A DNA stretch of 35,140 bases from Seison nebaliae. Its lineage: Eukaryota. The notes under the pieces were generated by a model. The model was not told the origin of the DNA and made no database searches. It saw only the letters and a program-made list of their open reading frames with translations. This document shows, one piece after another, positions 23,877 to 35,140 of the stretch; position 1 is the first letter of the stretch; every line of letters begins with the position of its first letter. The stretch spans positions 1 through 35,140 of the forward strand of contig JALJEE010002321.1 of NCBI GenBank assembly GCA_023231475.1. The letters are read 5' to 3'. A program made the position numbers and the translations under genes.

Positions 23877-25103
23877 TTAAAGAGATTGATTGATAAGAAA
23901 ATTTCCAAAACTATTTCCGGGTAAGAGACGATTGCAGAAACCCAGCACTAAAATAGAGGAATAATAATATCGGAAGAATTTCGAATAAATAAGAAGATAT
24001 GTTATCCATAAAAGGAAAGCGATCCAACCACTTAATCGAATTGGTGCAGTCCAATGGAATAGTGAATACTCTTCTCTGTAGACATCAACTGTCTTGTTGT
24101 CAGAGAAAACTTCTTGTGTCAACATTTCATTTGTATAATGATGTTCGTCATTGTTATTTATTGCTGTTTTGTAGAAATGTTTCAATAAATTGTCTTTCCG
24201 TCTCCACAATTTGAATAACCAGGTTTCGATAGGTTTCTCTCCATTCAACTCGCCCAATTGTGTAAGAAATTGTTTTTTCGAATATCGTTTGATGACGAAA
24301 TGAATTTTGGGTGGGAGGATATTAAAGAAGATATCTGTTTCGCCTTGTGCCATTTCATGTTGTTTGTCAAATGAAATTGTAATATCATAAATTGCATCGA
24401 ATATATCGAGTCGATTCAATTCATTTACGATGTAGATGAGACCGGTTGATCGTGGACAAATGACATGTCGTATTCCTTTCAATGGAATATCATTCTCTTC
24501 GATGAAATTATTACTACGTACAATGGTCGATTCGCTGAAATCGGTGCCTTCTGGAAATAGTAGAATATAATTATCATTAGTTTTACTGCAAATCTTCTCG
24601 TAATATTTTAAGTAATTACAGATTGTCTCTTGATCTAAATTCCATCGACGTTTCAGGAAGATGTATGAGGCGACTTGCATCGACCATCCCAATCCAGGTA
24701 ATTTGGATAATGTCTCTTTTAATATTATTCTCATTCGTCCACATCTATTCGAACGGACACATAACGGGAACCATAGATACATCCAATCCAATCGTGTCCG
24801 ATGATTCATGAGAACTAGAGACATTCGCTCACCGTTATCCTGATGGTAATTCCTCAAATCCTCAATATCCCCATAAATGACAATACGGATATTGTAGAGG
24901 ATAGCCAATATGTCATACATGGCTAACATCCATTGATTGATAACGAAATCGATACCATATCGAACGATATAAATTTGAATAAATCGTTTTCGAATAGGAA
25001 TTAATGAAATCAAAACAAAAACTCCCAAAAGACTAATGAATCCGTGGAGAGTGGATATTCCGATAAACAATCCAAGCAATATTCCATTCCATTGAATCAT
25101 CAT
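23877..25103 (-). CDS. LCLAT1: Lysocardiolipin acyltransferase 1-like, intronless CDS
   Basis: MNHRTRLDWMYLW (NHX4D), IILKETL..LPGLGWSMQ, YIFLKRRW, LFPEGTD, PRSTG and DAIYDITI, with N- and C-terminal TM segments. Confidence 0.92.
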   Translation of the reverse strand: MMIQWNGILLGLFIGISTLHGFISLLGVFVLISLIPIRKRFIQIYIVRYGIDFVINQWMLAMYDILAILYNIRIVIYGDIEDLRNYHQDNGERMSLVLMNHRTRLDWMYLWFPLCVRSNRCGRMRIILKETLSKLPGLGWSMQVASYIFLKRRWNLDQETICNYLKYYEKICSKTNDNYILLFPEGTDFSESTIVRSNNFIEENDIPLKGIRHVICPRSTGLIYIVNELNRLDIFDAIYDITISFDKQHEMAQGETDIFFNILPPKIHFVIKRYSKKQFLTQLGELNGEKPIETWLFKLWRRKDNLLKHFYKTAINNNDEHHYTNEMLTQEVFSDNKTVDVYREEYSLFHWTAPIRLSGWIAFLLWITYLLIYSKFFRYYYSSILVLGFCNRLLPGNSFGNFLINQSL

Positions 25104-25920
25104 TCAAATCTAAATTCACTTCAATGAAAATTAAAGTGTTTTCATTAACATAAAATTTCAAAAAAAAAATTCAAATTTTCTTTCGCCGAATACGAAAGAA
25201 AAAGTGAATTTCTTAACAAAAAATTATCCAAACTAAATTTTTCGACTTTTCTTCCTCCTCTTCTTCCTTTTATCAATATCTCGAAAAAAATTTGTTATGT
25301 TATTCGGATTCTTTTTCTTCGCATATACATGCGCGTGTCATGTATAAGAAATGTACACACTTCATTCGGTTTGTGTCGACTGAATGGAAATTGTTCGATT
25401 AGCAATTATTTCATAATTATAATGCGACGCATTATGAAGTGCATATGTGTCGCTCTAATCGGAAAACAAAAAAATTATGTGACTATGTCGATTTCTCACG
25501 AAGAAGAATTTGTGAGAGATATCTCGACATTTGACGACGTGATGAGAGAAGAGGAATGGAATCTTACGGAGAGAAGATTCTCAGCTTAAATTTAGTAATT
25601 CTAATTAAACGACGACACAACATGTAAAGTAAGGTTGGAAGATCGAGATAATTATAACATGTTCAATAAAAAGGGAAATGGAAGATTAAAAATATAGCTT
25701 AAAAAATTACTCATGAAATGGAATATTCTTCTTCCTAATTCAAAATTCAATTTCTAGTACTAAATGTGCAATAAATTTTTGTTTTTATGAATATCTATCA
25801 CCTACTCTCGTGTATGGACAGATTTGGGATTGCAGACGAAATTCATTCCACGAAAGAGGAAGAGACCTCACGACTAGAACACATATGTTACTTAGGCATG
25901 TACATATACATCCACTCCAC

Positions 25921-25946
25921 ATATATATATATATATATATATATAT
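25921..25946. repeat. (AT)n microsatellite
   Basis: Uninterrupted AT dinucleotide run. Confidence 0.9.
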
Positions 25947-28048
25947 CATGTGTCTATGCATTAAGTAATAAAATGTTATTTATTTATTCCTTTCATAACA
26001 TTTCTCTTTTGTAACTGAAAATAAAAGATAGAACGAATAATTATGTAATAATTTATTGCTCTAACAATTTATTAATCATTACTTGTCTTTATTGGAATAT
26101 TGTTTTTCTTTTTAATGTTATCTGTCATTGGATGGTAATATCATCCGCATTTCTACGGTCAATTACACGTTCTCCTTTTAACTCATCCACTTCGTTTGGA
26201 TGAACACTTTTAATCGGTGACAATCGTCTGCAATGTCCATTTAGAGGAATGTATTGTTTCTTCTTTTTTTTAGTTACTTCCTTCTTCAATCAATTTAACG
26301 AGAATTAATTCAACATCAACATAAAGTTAAAGGTGTATCTCGAAATGATTGTTACACGTATGTAGATCGGAGTGTGGAGTGTACCGTCTCTTTGTACATG
26401 TGTGTTCGTGTAGACATGCGTACTCGGACATCGTGTACAGAAGAATTCATTTGTATATTTGTGATAATAATTTTAAAATAATAATAAAGTTATATTCCAA
26501 TCATCATCCTATTTCATCACATTAAATTCTGTTATTTCTCTCTTTCTTTTCGACCTTTTCGAAATAAATCTCGTTTATTCTCATCGATTTCCTCAATATT
26601 CATGTAAAAATTTGCATCAACATATTCGTCAGCATCCCTCTCCTTCTCCCTCTCTCTCCCCCCTCCACATTCATTTACTTTCTTCTTCTTCTTCTTCTTC
26701 TTCCCTAAATTATTGGTTCGAACTTCATTTCTTAATTTCATCTATATTCTAGAACGTTTAATTTTGAAAATGTCCTCTCCTCTCCCTCTCATCAAATCCT
26801 CTTCATTTCAAATCTTTCTTCTCTCTCGTTTGAACATCGATTGGAATAGAATTAGAATTTAACGAAGTTCCATATCGATTCCATCCGCTCAATCTTCATT
26901 CATCCTGATGATGATGGAGAGAGAAGATTTTTATGTAAATGAATTAATTGTTTATAAAATTTCAGTTGAAATTTGAAAATAAACAAACAAATTTCTTTTG
27001 ATCGTCCCATCATGTAGATCGGTCATTAATTTTCTTCGTGTTCGTGACATTAAATTTCTGGTATTGAATCCAATTAGGATGGTAGATGGTAAATGATTCA
27101 TTCGTTGAAGAATTGTGAATAGAATACTAGGAGGAAGGCGATTCTTCTCCGATTGTAATTCATGTGTAAATTAGATATAATTAGATAAATATAATCGACT
27201 GATTATTTAGTTTATTGGACGGATATGTTTTGATGGCATCGTCATGAGATTATGATTGGGAGGAAAAGGAGGAGGAGGAGGAATGAATAAGATTTAATCT
27301 CAAATCCTTCTTATCAATACCAAGTAAATCAGTAAATATTGTAATTTTTGTTTTCGTATAATTTCAGTTGCTTTCAATTCGATTATATTCTCCTCAACAT
27401 ATTGTTGTATATATATTGTTCAATTGCTCATCGACCTTTTATGCATAGAATTACGTCCTAATTTTTACTATATATAGTTTGTTTAGATTTCTTTCTAATT
27501 TCTGTTCTTCTAATGACTTTTTAATGTTTCCACCAATCTCTCCTTTTCCAATTAATCCAATTATAACCTCACATGACAAACACACATCGACATTAAGAGT
27601 GAGACATTTATTTTTAAATTAAATCTCAAAAAATTATTTACATTTGCTGAAAAAAAAGTTCGAATATATACATTCTCATTCGATATTCACTCGCTCTTAT
27701 TAAACACCGATAATTATATGATAATATTCATCAACGATAATTTGTAAACGATTTCTCTTCATCAAAATTATTCTCTTCACCAATCACCAAAAAAAGACTT
27801 TCTTTCAGAGAAGATTTTCGGAACAATCATCAACATTATCATCGATTCATCACCACTCAATATTCTCAACTATTATTCGGTGAAACAGAATTACATACAA
27901 GAAATCGTTATTTGAACGTCGATTGACAAAGGATCATTGTTTCCATCAATAATCTCTCAATTCTGACAATTGAAATTTTTATTCCGATAATTCCAAATAA
28001 AAGTTTAGAAGAAAGACAGTTTAGAAACAAAAGAATTATTCCAACTAT

Positions 28049-29386
28049 ATGGGTGCGTTTCTCGATAAGCCAATAGTCGATAAGGTGAATGCATCCGGTT
28101 CTGGAAATGGACTTAGATTTGCAGTCGCTGCCATGCAAGGATGGCGCATCGAAATGGAAGATGCACACTTCTCCCAAATCGGATTAAAAGATTTACCCAA
28201 CTGGTCATTATTCGCCGTGTTCGATGGACATGCAGGTAGTGGAGTCTCCACTTTTGCTTCCGCTCACATCGAAGAAGAAATATTGAATCATAAACAATTC
28301 CTGCCATGTGTGACGGAATTGGAGAGGAAAATGGCATCAGATGGGAAAGCTGATGTCAAATCGGAAATCTCCTGTTTAACTGATGTGTTCCGACAAGTCT
28401 TTCTTGATATCGATGTGCGTATCAAGAATTTGCCTGAAGTCCAAAATGGTAATGATCGTTCCGGTTCCACAGCTGTCGTAGCTGTTATTGGACCGTCACA
28501 TATATTCCTAGTGAATTGTGGAGATTCGCGTGGAATCATCGTTTCGGATAATCAAATCGTTTGTAAAACTGAAGATCACAAACCTCATCTTCCGTCCGAA
28601 CATGAACGTATTACTCGTGCTGGTGGTAGTGTGATGTTACAACGAGTTAATGGTTCATTGGCCGTTTCGAGAGCGTTGGGTGATTTCGAATACAAATCCA
28701 ATAATCGTATGGCTGCCACTGAACAATTGGTGTCTCCTCAGCCCGATATTTACGTACATGAACGAAATGCGGTTGATGAATATATGGTGTTGGCATGTGA
28801 TGGTATTTGGGATGTGATGACAAGTGATGAAGCTAGGCAATATCTTAATCATCGTTTACAAAGAATTAATGAATATCCAAATCTGGTCAATGAAACTTTA
28901 GATACATGTCTCTACAAAGTTCAAATATTTTATTTTTTTTTTAAATTTAATTATTAATTTTAATTCAATCTATGTTTAGGGAAGTCGGGATAATATGAGT
29001 GTTATCTTTGTGGCATTCGATGGAATAACGAAAGTAGACGCCGAACAAGTAGAACGAGAGAAAGTTCTGGATAATTTGATTGAAAGAAGAATTAGAGGTT
29101 CCGTTTCATTAGTGAATTATTGGGAATTCTATTAATTGTTAATGGACATTAAAGATTATCTAACCGAACCAAATCAAGTAGAATTAGCCTACATACTTCA
29201 CACACTATCCAGTGACAATGAATTATTTTCGTACTTGCCGCCCGTGGGAGGAATTCTGACGAAGTTAACATTTTAAACTTTTCTTTCATTCAATCTATTC
29301 AATCTATTCTTTCAACTTTCCCGCATATCAGGAGGAATGTTGTTGAAGAATCATTAAAAAGACTAAGTCCACATGTGAGCGATTAA
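28049..29386 (+). CDS. PPM1B: Protein phosphatase 2C, PPM1A/PPM1B type (exons 28049-28918, 28980-29097, 29155-29263, 29332-29386; 383 aa)
   Basis: MGAFLDKP, MQGWRIEMEDAH, FAVFDGHAG, NCGDSR, DHKP, RVNGSLAVSRALGDFEYK and LACDGIWDV. Splicing restores CLYK|GSRDNMS and LPPVGGILTK|RNVVEE. A versus B paralogue naming is not meaningful outside vertebrates. Confidence 0.95.
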
Positions 29387-30124
29387 ATAAAGATGTATTT
29401 GAAAAACACACAACTCCGATTTCTCTTATTCTTCTTTTGTACTGATTCATTTGACTGGCAACAAGATGTCGAAAATTAATTTTTCCTGATTTCATTTCGT
29501 CAATCAGATGACGTTGTTTTCTCCCAGTATTCTATATTATTTATTTTATTTTATACATGAAACGTTCGAAAGGACACTTGGTCAGCTGATTGACAAAGAA
29601 AAACACGATGAAACACATTTATCTTCTCCATTTGCTCTGATTTCGATACCAATAACAATTCGGAAGATGATGTTTACATATCCATCCTCATTCCCTCGTA
29701 TATCTTACAACACAACAGTTTATGTATATAATACACATAATTAATACGGTTGAAATTATTGCCAATTAGATATAAACAAAGAACTATACAAATATATTTA
29801 TTTGAAAACGATTCTTATCGAATCGATCGATTCATTCATTATCGATCATTTAATTACTACAACATTTATTATTATTATTTTTTTATTATTATGTTAATTC
29901 TTCAATTTCTATCAAATTATATAATTTATTATACATATTTTGATTTAAGTTTAATTATTCTACTTGTTAGAGAGATTTGTTGCAATTAATTATAAATCAA
30001 TTTATCGATATTTGAAGTAAAATTAAATTTTGATGCACTACACTAAAAGTTCTCAAAATTCAATATTATTTATTTATAAAACAATTTAATGATATTATAT
30101 TCATTTCATAATTTTCGTTTATTA

Positions 30125-31939
30125 TTAAACTTTGCTAATCTTTTCACTTTCCTCACTCGACCAACAACATTCCTTCACCCACAATCCACAAATGCAAGTC
30201 ATCTTACAAATCCAATAATTTTCGTCATTATATCAAAAACGAACAATTACTAACCATCAGTAGGAATAAACATGAGATTGCAAATGTCGATTTTGGAAAT
30301 GAGACGTATCGTACCATGATGCCACCACATAACGGTCCTAGTGTTAATCTGTAGGAATTGAGTATAAAATAAAAAATAAATTCGAAGGTAACCCAAGTGC
30401 AATGGCCGTCATATGGATACCAGATAATCGTGTGTAAAAATCTTCATCATCGGCTAGAATATATTTTTCGTTTTTGATTTTCAATATTTGGACAAAAGAT
30501 GGTGTATAGATGAAACTGAGGGCTAAACCCATCAACGACGAACTGACATATATCCAATATTTCGATCTAATATATTTCATATTAGACTACAAATTCATTT
30601 AATGGTACGAACAATTTAATATGTAGAATAGGTGCTGGTCCAATGATGGAGAAAGCGGCAGAGAAAAATAACAATCCTGCCATTATAAACGGTAATGTGA
30701 ATTGTTTCTTTTTGTCCATAAAGAAACCAATAGGAATTGTAAGGACTGTATAGGATAGGGCGCTTACGGCAAAGCCAATTCCAAAAACCTTTTCCACGTT
30801 TTTAATTTTTGTCTATATAACAGAACAATATGTTTAAGGGGAATGATACGACGAAATAAAACTTTTTTTAAATGTAGAAGATATGTGGAATCGATGGTAT
30901 TAATGGCGAACATTGATAAGAAGATAGTTATGAGAACAATAAGTACATTAATGTTCCGTATAATTTTCGAAATTCTTGGTGTCTTTCCACATGAGATCTT
31001 TGAAACTTCACGACGCACAGACTTGTAATTCTTATGATTATTAAATGCGACTGAAATTTTTTGAAATAATAATGAGATTATAACTTAGGAAGATGTGAAT
31101 AATGCCAACTTTGAACCAAAAGAAATATTTGGAGAAGTGCTCCAAATATTATTTCTGAAAGCCCGACTGGCCAATATCGAGAACTATAACTAAGTCCTTT
31201 CAACAGATTCGTATTAAAATACGAACCAATTGCTAATCCAATACCGGAGGAGAATTCTAAAGATGACTAATTTTGAGAATTAATAAAATTCACGTTTGAA
31301 GTAAGTGGCTAACTGAAAGAGAGCCTAATTGATCAAAATATTGGTTGGTAATATAAGATTTTATAACGGTCCAAAATATACCATTGCCAATTCCTCTCAA
31401 GGTGGCTATGAGTATTGTTACGGACATGAAAGTCCAATATTCACTGATTGCAGATGAATAACTAGTAGAATCAAAGATGGTTATTCGGGTTGTTAAAACG
31501 AAAAAAAACCAAAATATAAAAGTGGCTATTCCATGGACATATAAGCCGATTGGTGAGGAGTGTTGTGTATTGAAAAATTTATTCTGTTAAATTTGAACAA
31601 ATAACTGATGTAGGGAATTAGGAAGAAGATGATTAAAGTGTTTAACATATTTGGAGATGGTTATTGAAGATATTGCCAAGAACACACTACATGTTGTTTC
31701 AATAGTTCCAATTGATATTTCTGCTCCTTTCTTCTCTTTAACCTTTTCACATATCAAGAGAATTATTAGAATTCAATAACGAAGATAATTTTTGATTTAA
31801 CGATTAATGGTAATGTGTTTACATAGACTGAGATGGTGAATGAGTTAATGAATGCGCAAAGAATAATAATAAATTTTACACAAACACCTATAGCAAATTC
31901 GGGTGTTAGTTTACTTTCCTTTTTATCTTTCTTCCCCAT
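30125..31939 (-). CDS. MFS transporter, SLC18B1-like (exons 31939-31802, 31742-31647, 31583-31510, 31461-31314, 31266-31110, 31050-30863, 30812-30613, 30566-30393, 30348-30255, 30202-30125; 448 aa)
   Basis: Ten hydrophobic exons join into one stop-free frame through nine 44-63-nt GTT...AG introns. Motifs include LRGIG, LEFSSGIGLAIG, IGFFMDK, IIGPAPIL, LSGIHMTAIALG and LGPLCGG. The start codon and intron 5 boundaries are less certain. Confidence 0.82.
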
Positions 31940-32678
31940 TTCTTTTACCAACGACTCGTTTGAGTGACCAGTCTCATTAATTGATTGATAAAATTAAAAG
32001 TATGATAAAATTAAGATTCAATTATTCCACTCAATTATCAATGATTATATAAAATCGTTAAAATTCATTCAATTTCGAACTTTGTTAAATAACTCTAAAA
32101 GTCCAATACTCTTTAAAAGAAGTTCAGAGAGGTTGTAAATAGAAGTTGAGTAATTTTAAATGATTCATAAATTCAGTAAGGGATGAAGTAATGATTGAAT
32201 GTATCTGTTCGTCAATTGCTTACAATAGTCACATGACCACTTAATTGAGTTATCCAATTAAGTCACACGAATTTCAATTAGTGAAAAGTGAATGGTTAGA
32301 AAATTTGCTAAATGACCGAGGTATAAATAGCCTCATGATATTATCAATAATTTTAATTAAATCATGTAATTTGATTGAAAAACTTGATAATTTAATTAAA
32401 ATTTAACAAAAAGATTTTTATTAAAATTTAACGTTTTCATGAAATTTATAAAGGAATTATATAAAATTTTATAATAGAAAATTAATTTGAATCTATTTAC
32501 TAATGGATATCGGAAGCCATCAGTTTAGTTTACTAAATTTCCACAAATCGAAATATGACGTATGTATGAAAAGATTTAACTGGATTCTCATTTGGGAGGT
32601 GTCCGTGCGGAATAATTAACGTTTAACAAACCTTCAAATATTAATTAGTAGACCATATCATCGTAATTAGAATCAGCA

Positions 32679-33506
32679 ATGTTAAAATTGGGAGGCATTC
32701 TACTCAAAAATATCATCAGTAAATCAAAAATTCCTCAACGGTCATTATCGATTGATCAGAACGTTATATTTCGGCAGTTGTTTGATAATGACACTAAAAC
32801 TTATACGTATATTTTGGGAGATAGACAAAGCAAAGATGCGATTGTCATCGATCCGGTATTCGAATTAGTCGAACGTGATATAAAGACGATGGAAGAATTA
32901 GATGTTAAAGTGAAATATCTAATTAATACACATGTACATGCTGATCATATCACAGGATCTGGTCGAATGAAGAAGTTGTTGAACAAACAAGACAAACAGT
33001 GTGAGAGTGTAATCAGCAAGAAGAGTGGAGCTATCGCAGATAAGTTTGTGGACGAAAATGACACATTGGATTTTGGATCGATGTCTTTAAGAGTTCTTGC
33101 AACACCTGGTCATACTGCTGGTTGTATATCATTAGAATGGCATGTCAATAATAAGATTGAAGCAGTTTTTACTGGAGATGCAGTTTTGATACGAGGATGT
33201 GGTAGAACTGATTTTCAACAAGGCGACGCAGGTCTTTTATATGATGGCGTTCATAAGAAAATTTTAAGTTTATCAGACGACGTTAGTATATTTCCTGCTC
33301 ACGATTATGTCGGTCAATCGGAAAGTTCAGTTGGTGAAGAAAAGAAATTTAACAAACGATTCACGTTAAACAGAGATGATTTCATTAAGTTCATGGAAGA
33401 ATTATCTCTACCATATCCAAGATATATCGACAAATCATTACCAGCTAATTTAGTTTGTGGAATACAAGACAGCCATGGAATGTTTATCAAACTATCAAAA
33501 AATTAA
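32679..33506 (+). CDS. ETHE1: Persulfide dioxygenase, mitochondrial, intronless CDS
   Basis: Transit-peptide-like N-terminus, IFRQLFD, TYTYIL, IDPV, NTHVHADHITG, TPGHTAGC, FTGDAVLIRGCGRTDFQQG, PAHDY and PANLVCG. Confidence 0.95.
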   Translation: MLKLGGILLKNIISKSKIPQRSLSIDQNVIFRQLFDNDTKTYTYILGDRQSKDAIVIDPVFELVERDIKTMEELDVKVKYLINTHVHADHITGSGRMKKLLNKQDKQCESVISKKSGAIADKFVDENDTLDFGSMSLRVLATPGHTAGCISLEWHVNNKIEAVFTGDAVLIRGCGRTDFQQGDAGLLYDGVHKKILSLSDDVSIFPAHDYVGQSESSVGEEKKFNKRFTLNRDDFIKFMEELSLPYPRYIDKSLPANLVCGIQDSHGMFIKLSKN

Positions 33507-34485
33507 TTTTTTTAAGTTTCAAAATATTTGCTTTACAATATCAGAACTATAACGAATTTCAGAACATGTTCTAATAGTCTCAAAAGAAGAAATTTATTTC
33601 TTCTTATTCTTCTTTTTTTAATTTTCCCAATAATCTGACTTCCAATTTTCAATGCTATTAAATAACTCAAAGAGATAGGTGTTCACTTCGTCGGAAACTG
33701 ATTGTTCTTTTCTTCACTGATGTTTCGACGAAGAAATGTTCAATTGAAATGATTCAAGGTTAAGAATGAAGGAAATAAAGAAGCGTTTTTGACATTTCTT
33801 TCAAATGTTTATTGATTTGTATATTAACATCAATGACATAATTGATGACGGTTGAAACAATTGTCGAACCTGATAGCACAATTATAATATTTTCTCTAAT
33901 CTATAATTTATGGCACATTGTTATTGTCATGAAATCTTTGGAAACTATACCAAGTTCTGAATAAAACGCAATTAAAATTTTACTTGAAATATTTTTATTT
34001 TAATATCATGATATTCATCATATATACACATTCTTTATTCTTCCAAATTGTTTATGATAATAATAAATTTCTTATTTTTAGTGAATGTTCATTAGTCATT
34101 CATCATTCGATTATTAAGTTATTAATAAGGAAATTTCGTGGAATCCTTTAGATTTTAGAAATTCAAACGAGAAAAATATAATTTATTATAACAGCAGTTA
34201 TTTGTTATTATTATTATTAAATTTATTGAAATTCCCGACGGGATAAATTGGAAAAAAGATTAAAAAAATTACGATCATTGCCATCATCGATCATGTGGTG
34301 TAATACGGTAAGAGATTCACGATCAATTGGCATGGATGAAATTGGGTCGTAGGAAAAAATGAAATGTCTGGAATCATGAAGAGAAATGTCACGATATATA
34401 CTATATACAATACTATATAGTTGTATATACCATATACAATGTTTAGTTGATTTTGGGTTACATTTACGTTGATTTGTTATTAATA

Positions 34486-35140
34486 TCAAATTTGCCTTAT
34501 ACTCCATTTCAACCTTAAACGATCGTTGCATGTTTGCAAATTTTGTACGGTAGGGATATGTTGCGAATGAATTAGAAATTCGGTTGGTTGTAAGTTCTTA
34601 CGGACGAAAATGATCATGTCTCACGAACATCTACCTTTTCCATTCAAACTGTTCGGAGGAATTGAAGGTGAAATGAAAATTTGATGTGAATTAATATCGA
34701 TAAATGACAACGGAATTGACATGAGCCAAATTTGTTGAAGAAAAATGACATCCAATCGGAGAGGATCGTAGATATATGTCATAAACCCGCTGGGTCCATG
34801 ACAATTAAAAGAAATTAGAGAAATACTAGAAGACCTGTCACTACTACTTCCATCAGGACCGGTTGGAAGTCATAACATTGGTGTATATTTTTCATTCTCA
34901 ACATTGTTCATTGACGAGGGAAGGATTGAGCTATTATTGTTCAAGAGTTGTTGACTCCACTTGTCACATCGTTCACCAAAAAAGGAAGTAGTTGATTTCG
35001 AGAAGAAGAATTCTCGAACAAATGTGTTGATCGGCCAATTTGCAGGGTTGAAAAAAGTTTCGGCATTCTTTTCATCAAATTTGACGATGAAATATTTTGT
35101 AGAACTTTGGGAATCATCCATTTGCTCACGTCGAAGTCTC
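34486..35140 (-). mobile_element. Degenerate non-LTR retrotransposon (CR1/L2-like): ORF1 C-terminus plus start of the APE endonuclease
   Basis: FIVKF...FFNPANWPINTFVREF resembles the WPxxxxVRxF motif at the end of CR1/L2-type ORF1. After TGA (34870-34872) the same frame reads ISLISFNCHG...DVIFLQQIWL...GKGRCS*DMIIFVRKNL, the APE N-terminal motifs, with a further stop at 34621-34623. Confidence 0.75.

Noticed and set aside
25329..26741. Short ORFs between LCLAT1 and PPM1, and the many antisense ORFs inside genes
   Set aside because: Low-complexity or shadow frames with no motifs. The region is better explained as divergent promoter/UTR sequence.
27806..27820. CAGAGAAGATT resembling the U6 snRNA core (similar words near 25570 and 26918)
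   Set aside because: None is followed by AGCATGGC or other U6 sequence. No snRNA, tRNA or rRNA gene was recognised in the window.
3421..33506. Alternative genetic code or stop-codon reassignment to explain the fragmented ORFs
   Set aside because: TAA, TAG and TGA all terminate conserved proteins at the expected places, and short introns explain the breaks.
5278..33506. HAGH and ETHE1 as a metallo-beta-lactamase cluster or bacterial horizontal transfer
   Set aside because: They are 27 kb apart, ancient paralogues with eukaryote-type motifs and host-like composition, and ETHE1 has a transit-peptide-like leader.
34223..34485. Reverse-transcriptase remnant downstream of the APE fragment
   Set aside because: Only a vague resemblance (IDRESL...NLSRREF) with no diagnostic RT motif.

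Overview
AT-rich, gene-dense animal (eukaryotic) genomic window using the standard genetic code. The style resembles a compact invertebrate, possibly spiralian, genome, but the taxon cannot be fixed from sequence alone. Housekeeping genes: an Aurora-like kinase, glyoxalase II, a MINPP1-like phosphatase, COX4, LCLAT1, a PPM1A/B phosphatase, an SLC18B1-like MFS transporter and ETHE1. There are also an oversized claudin-like protein, a 1229-aa coiled-coil/death-domain protein and a small orphan membrane protein. Mobile-element relics: a viral-type env/fusion glycoprotein fragment ending in a perfect 86-bp fold-back, a MULE transposase pseudogene, a Merlin-type fragment and a LINE fragment. The main observation comes from reconstructing the gene models by hand. 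All 23 coding introns I could infer (22 well constrained, 1 tentative; 7 genes, both strands) start with GTT instead of the usual GTA/GTG. Positions -1 and +4 to +6 are largely degenerate, and 22 of 23 introns are 41-68 nt. This points to a rewired 5' splice-site recognition system. All models are manual inferences without transcript data.
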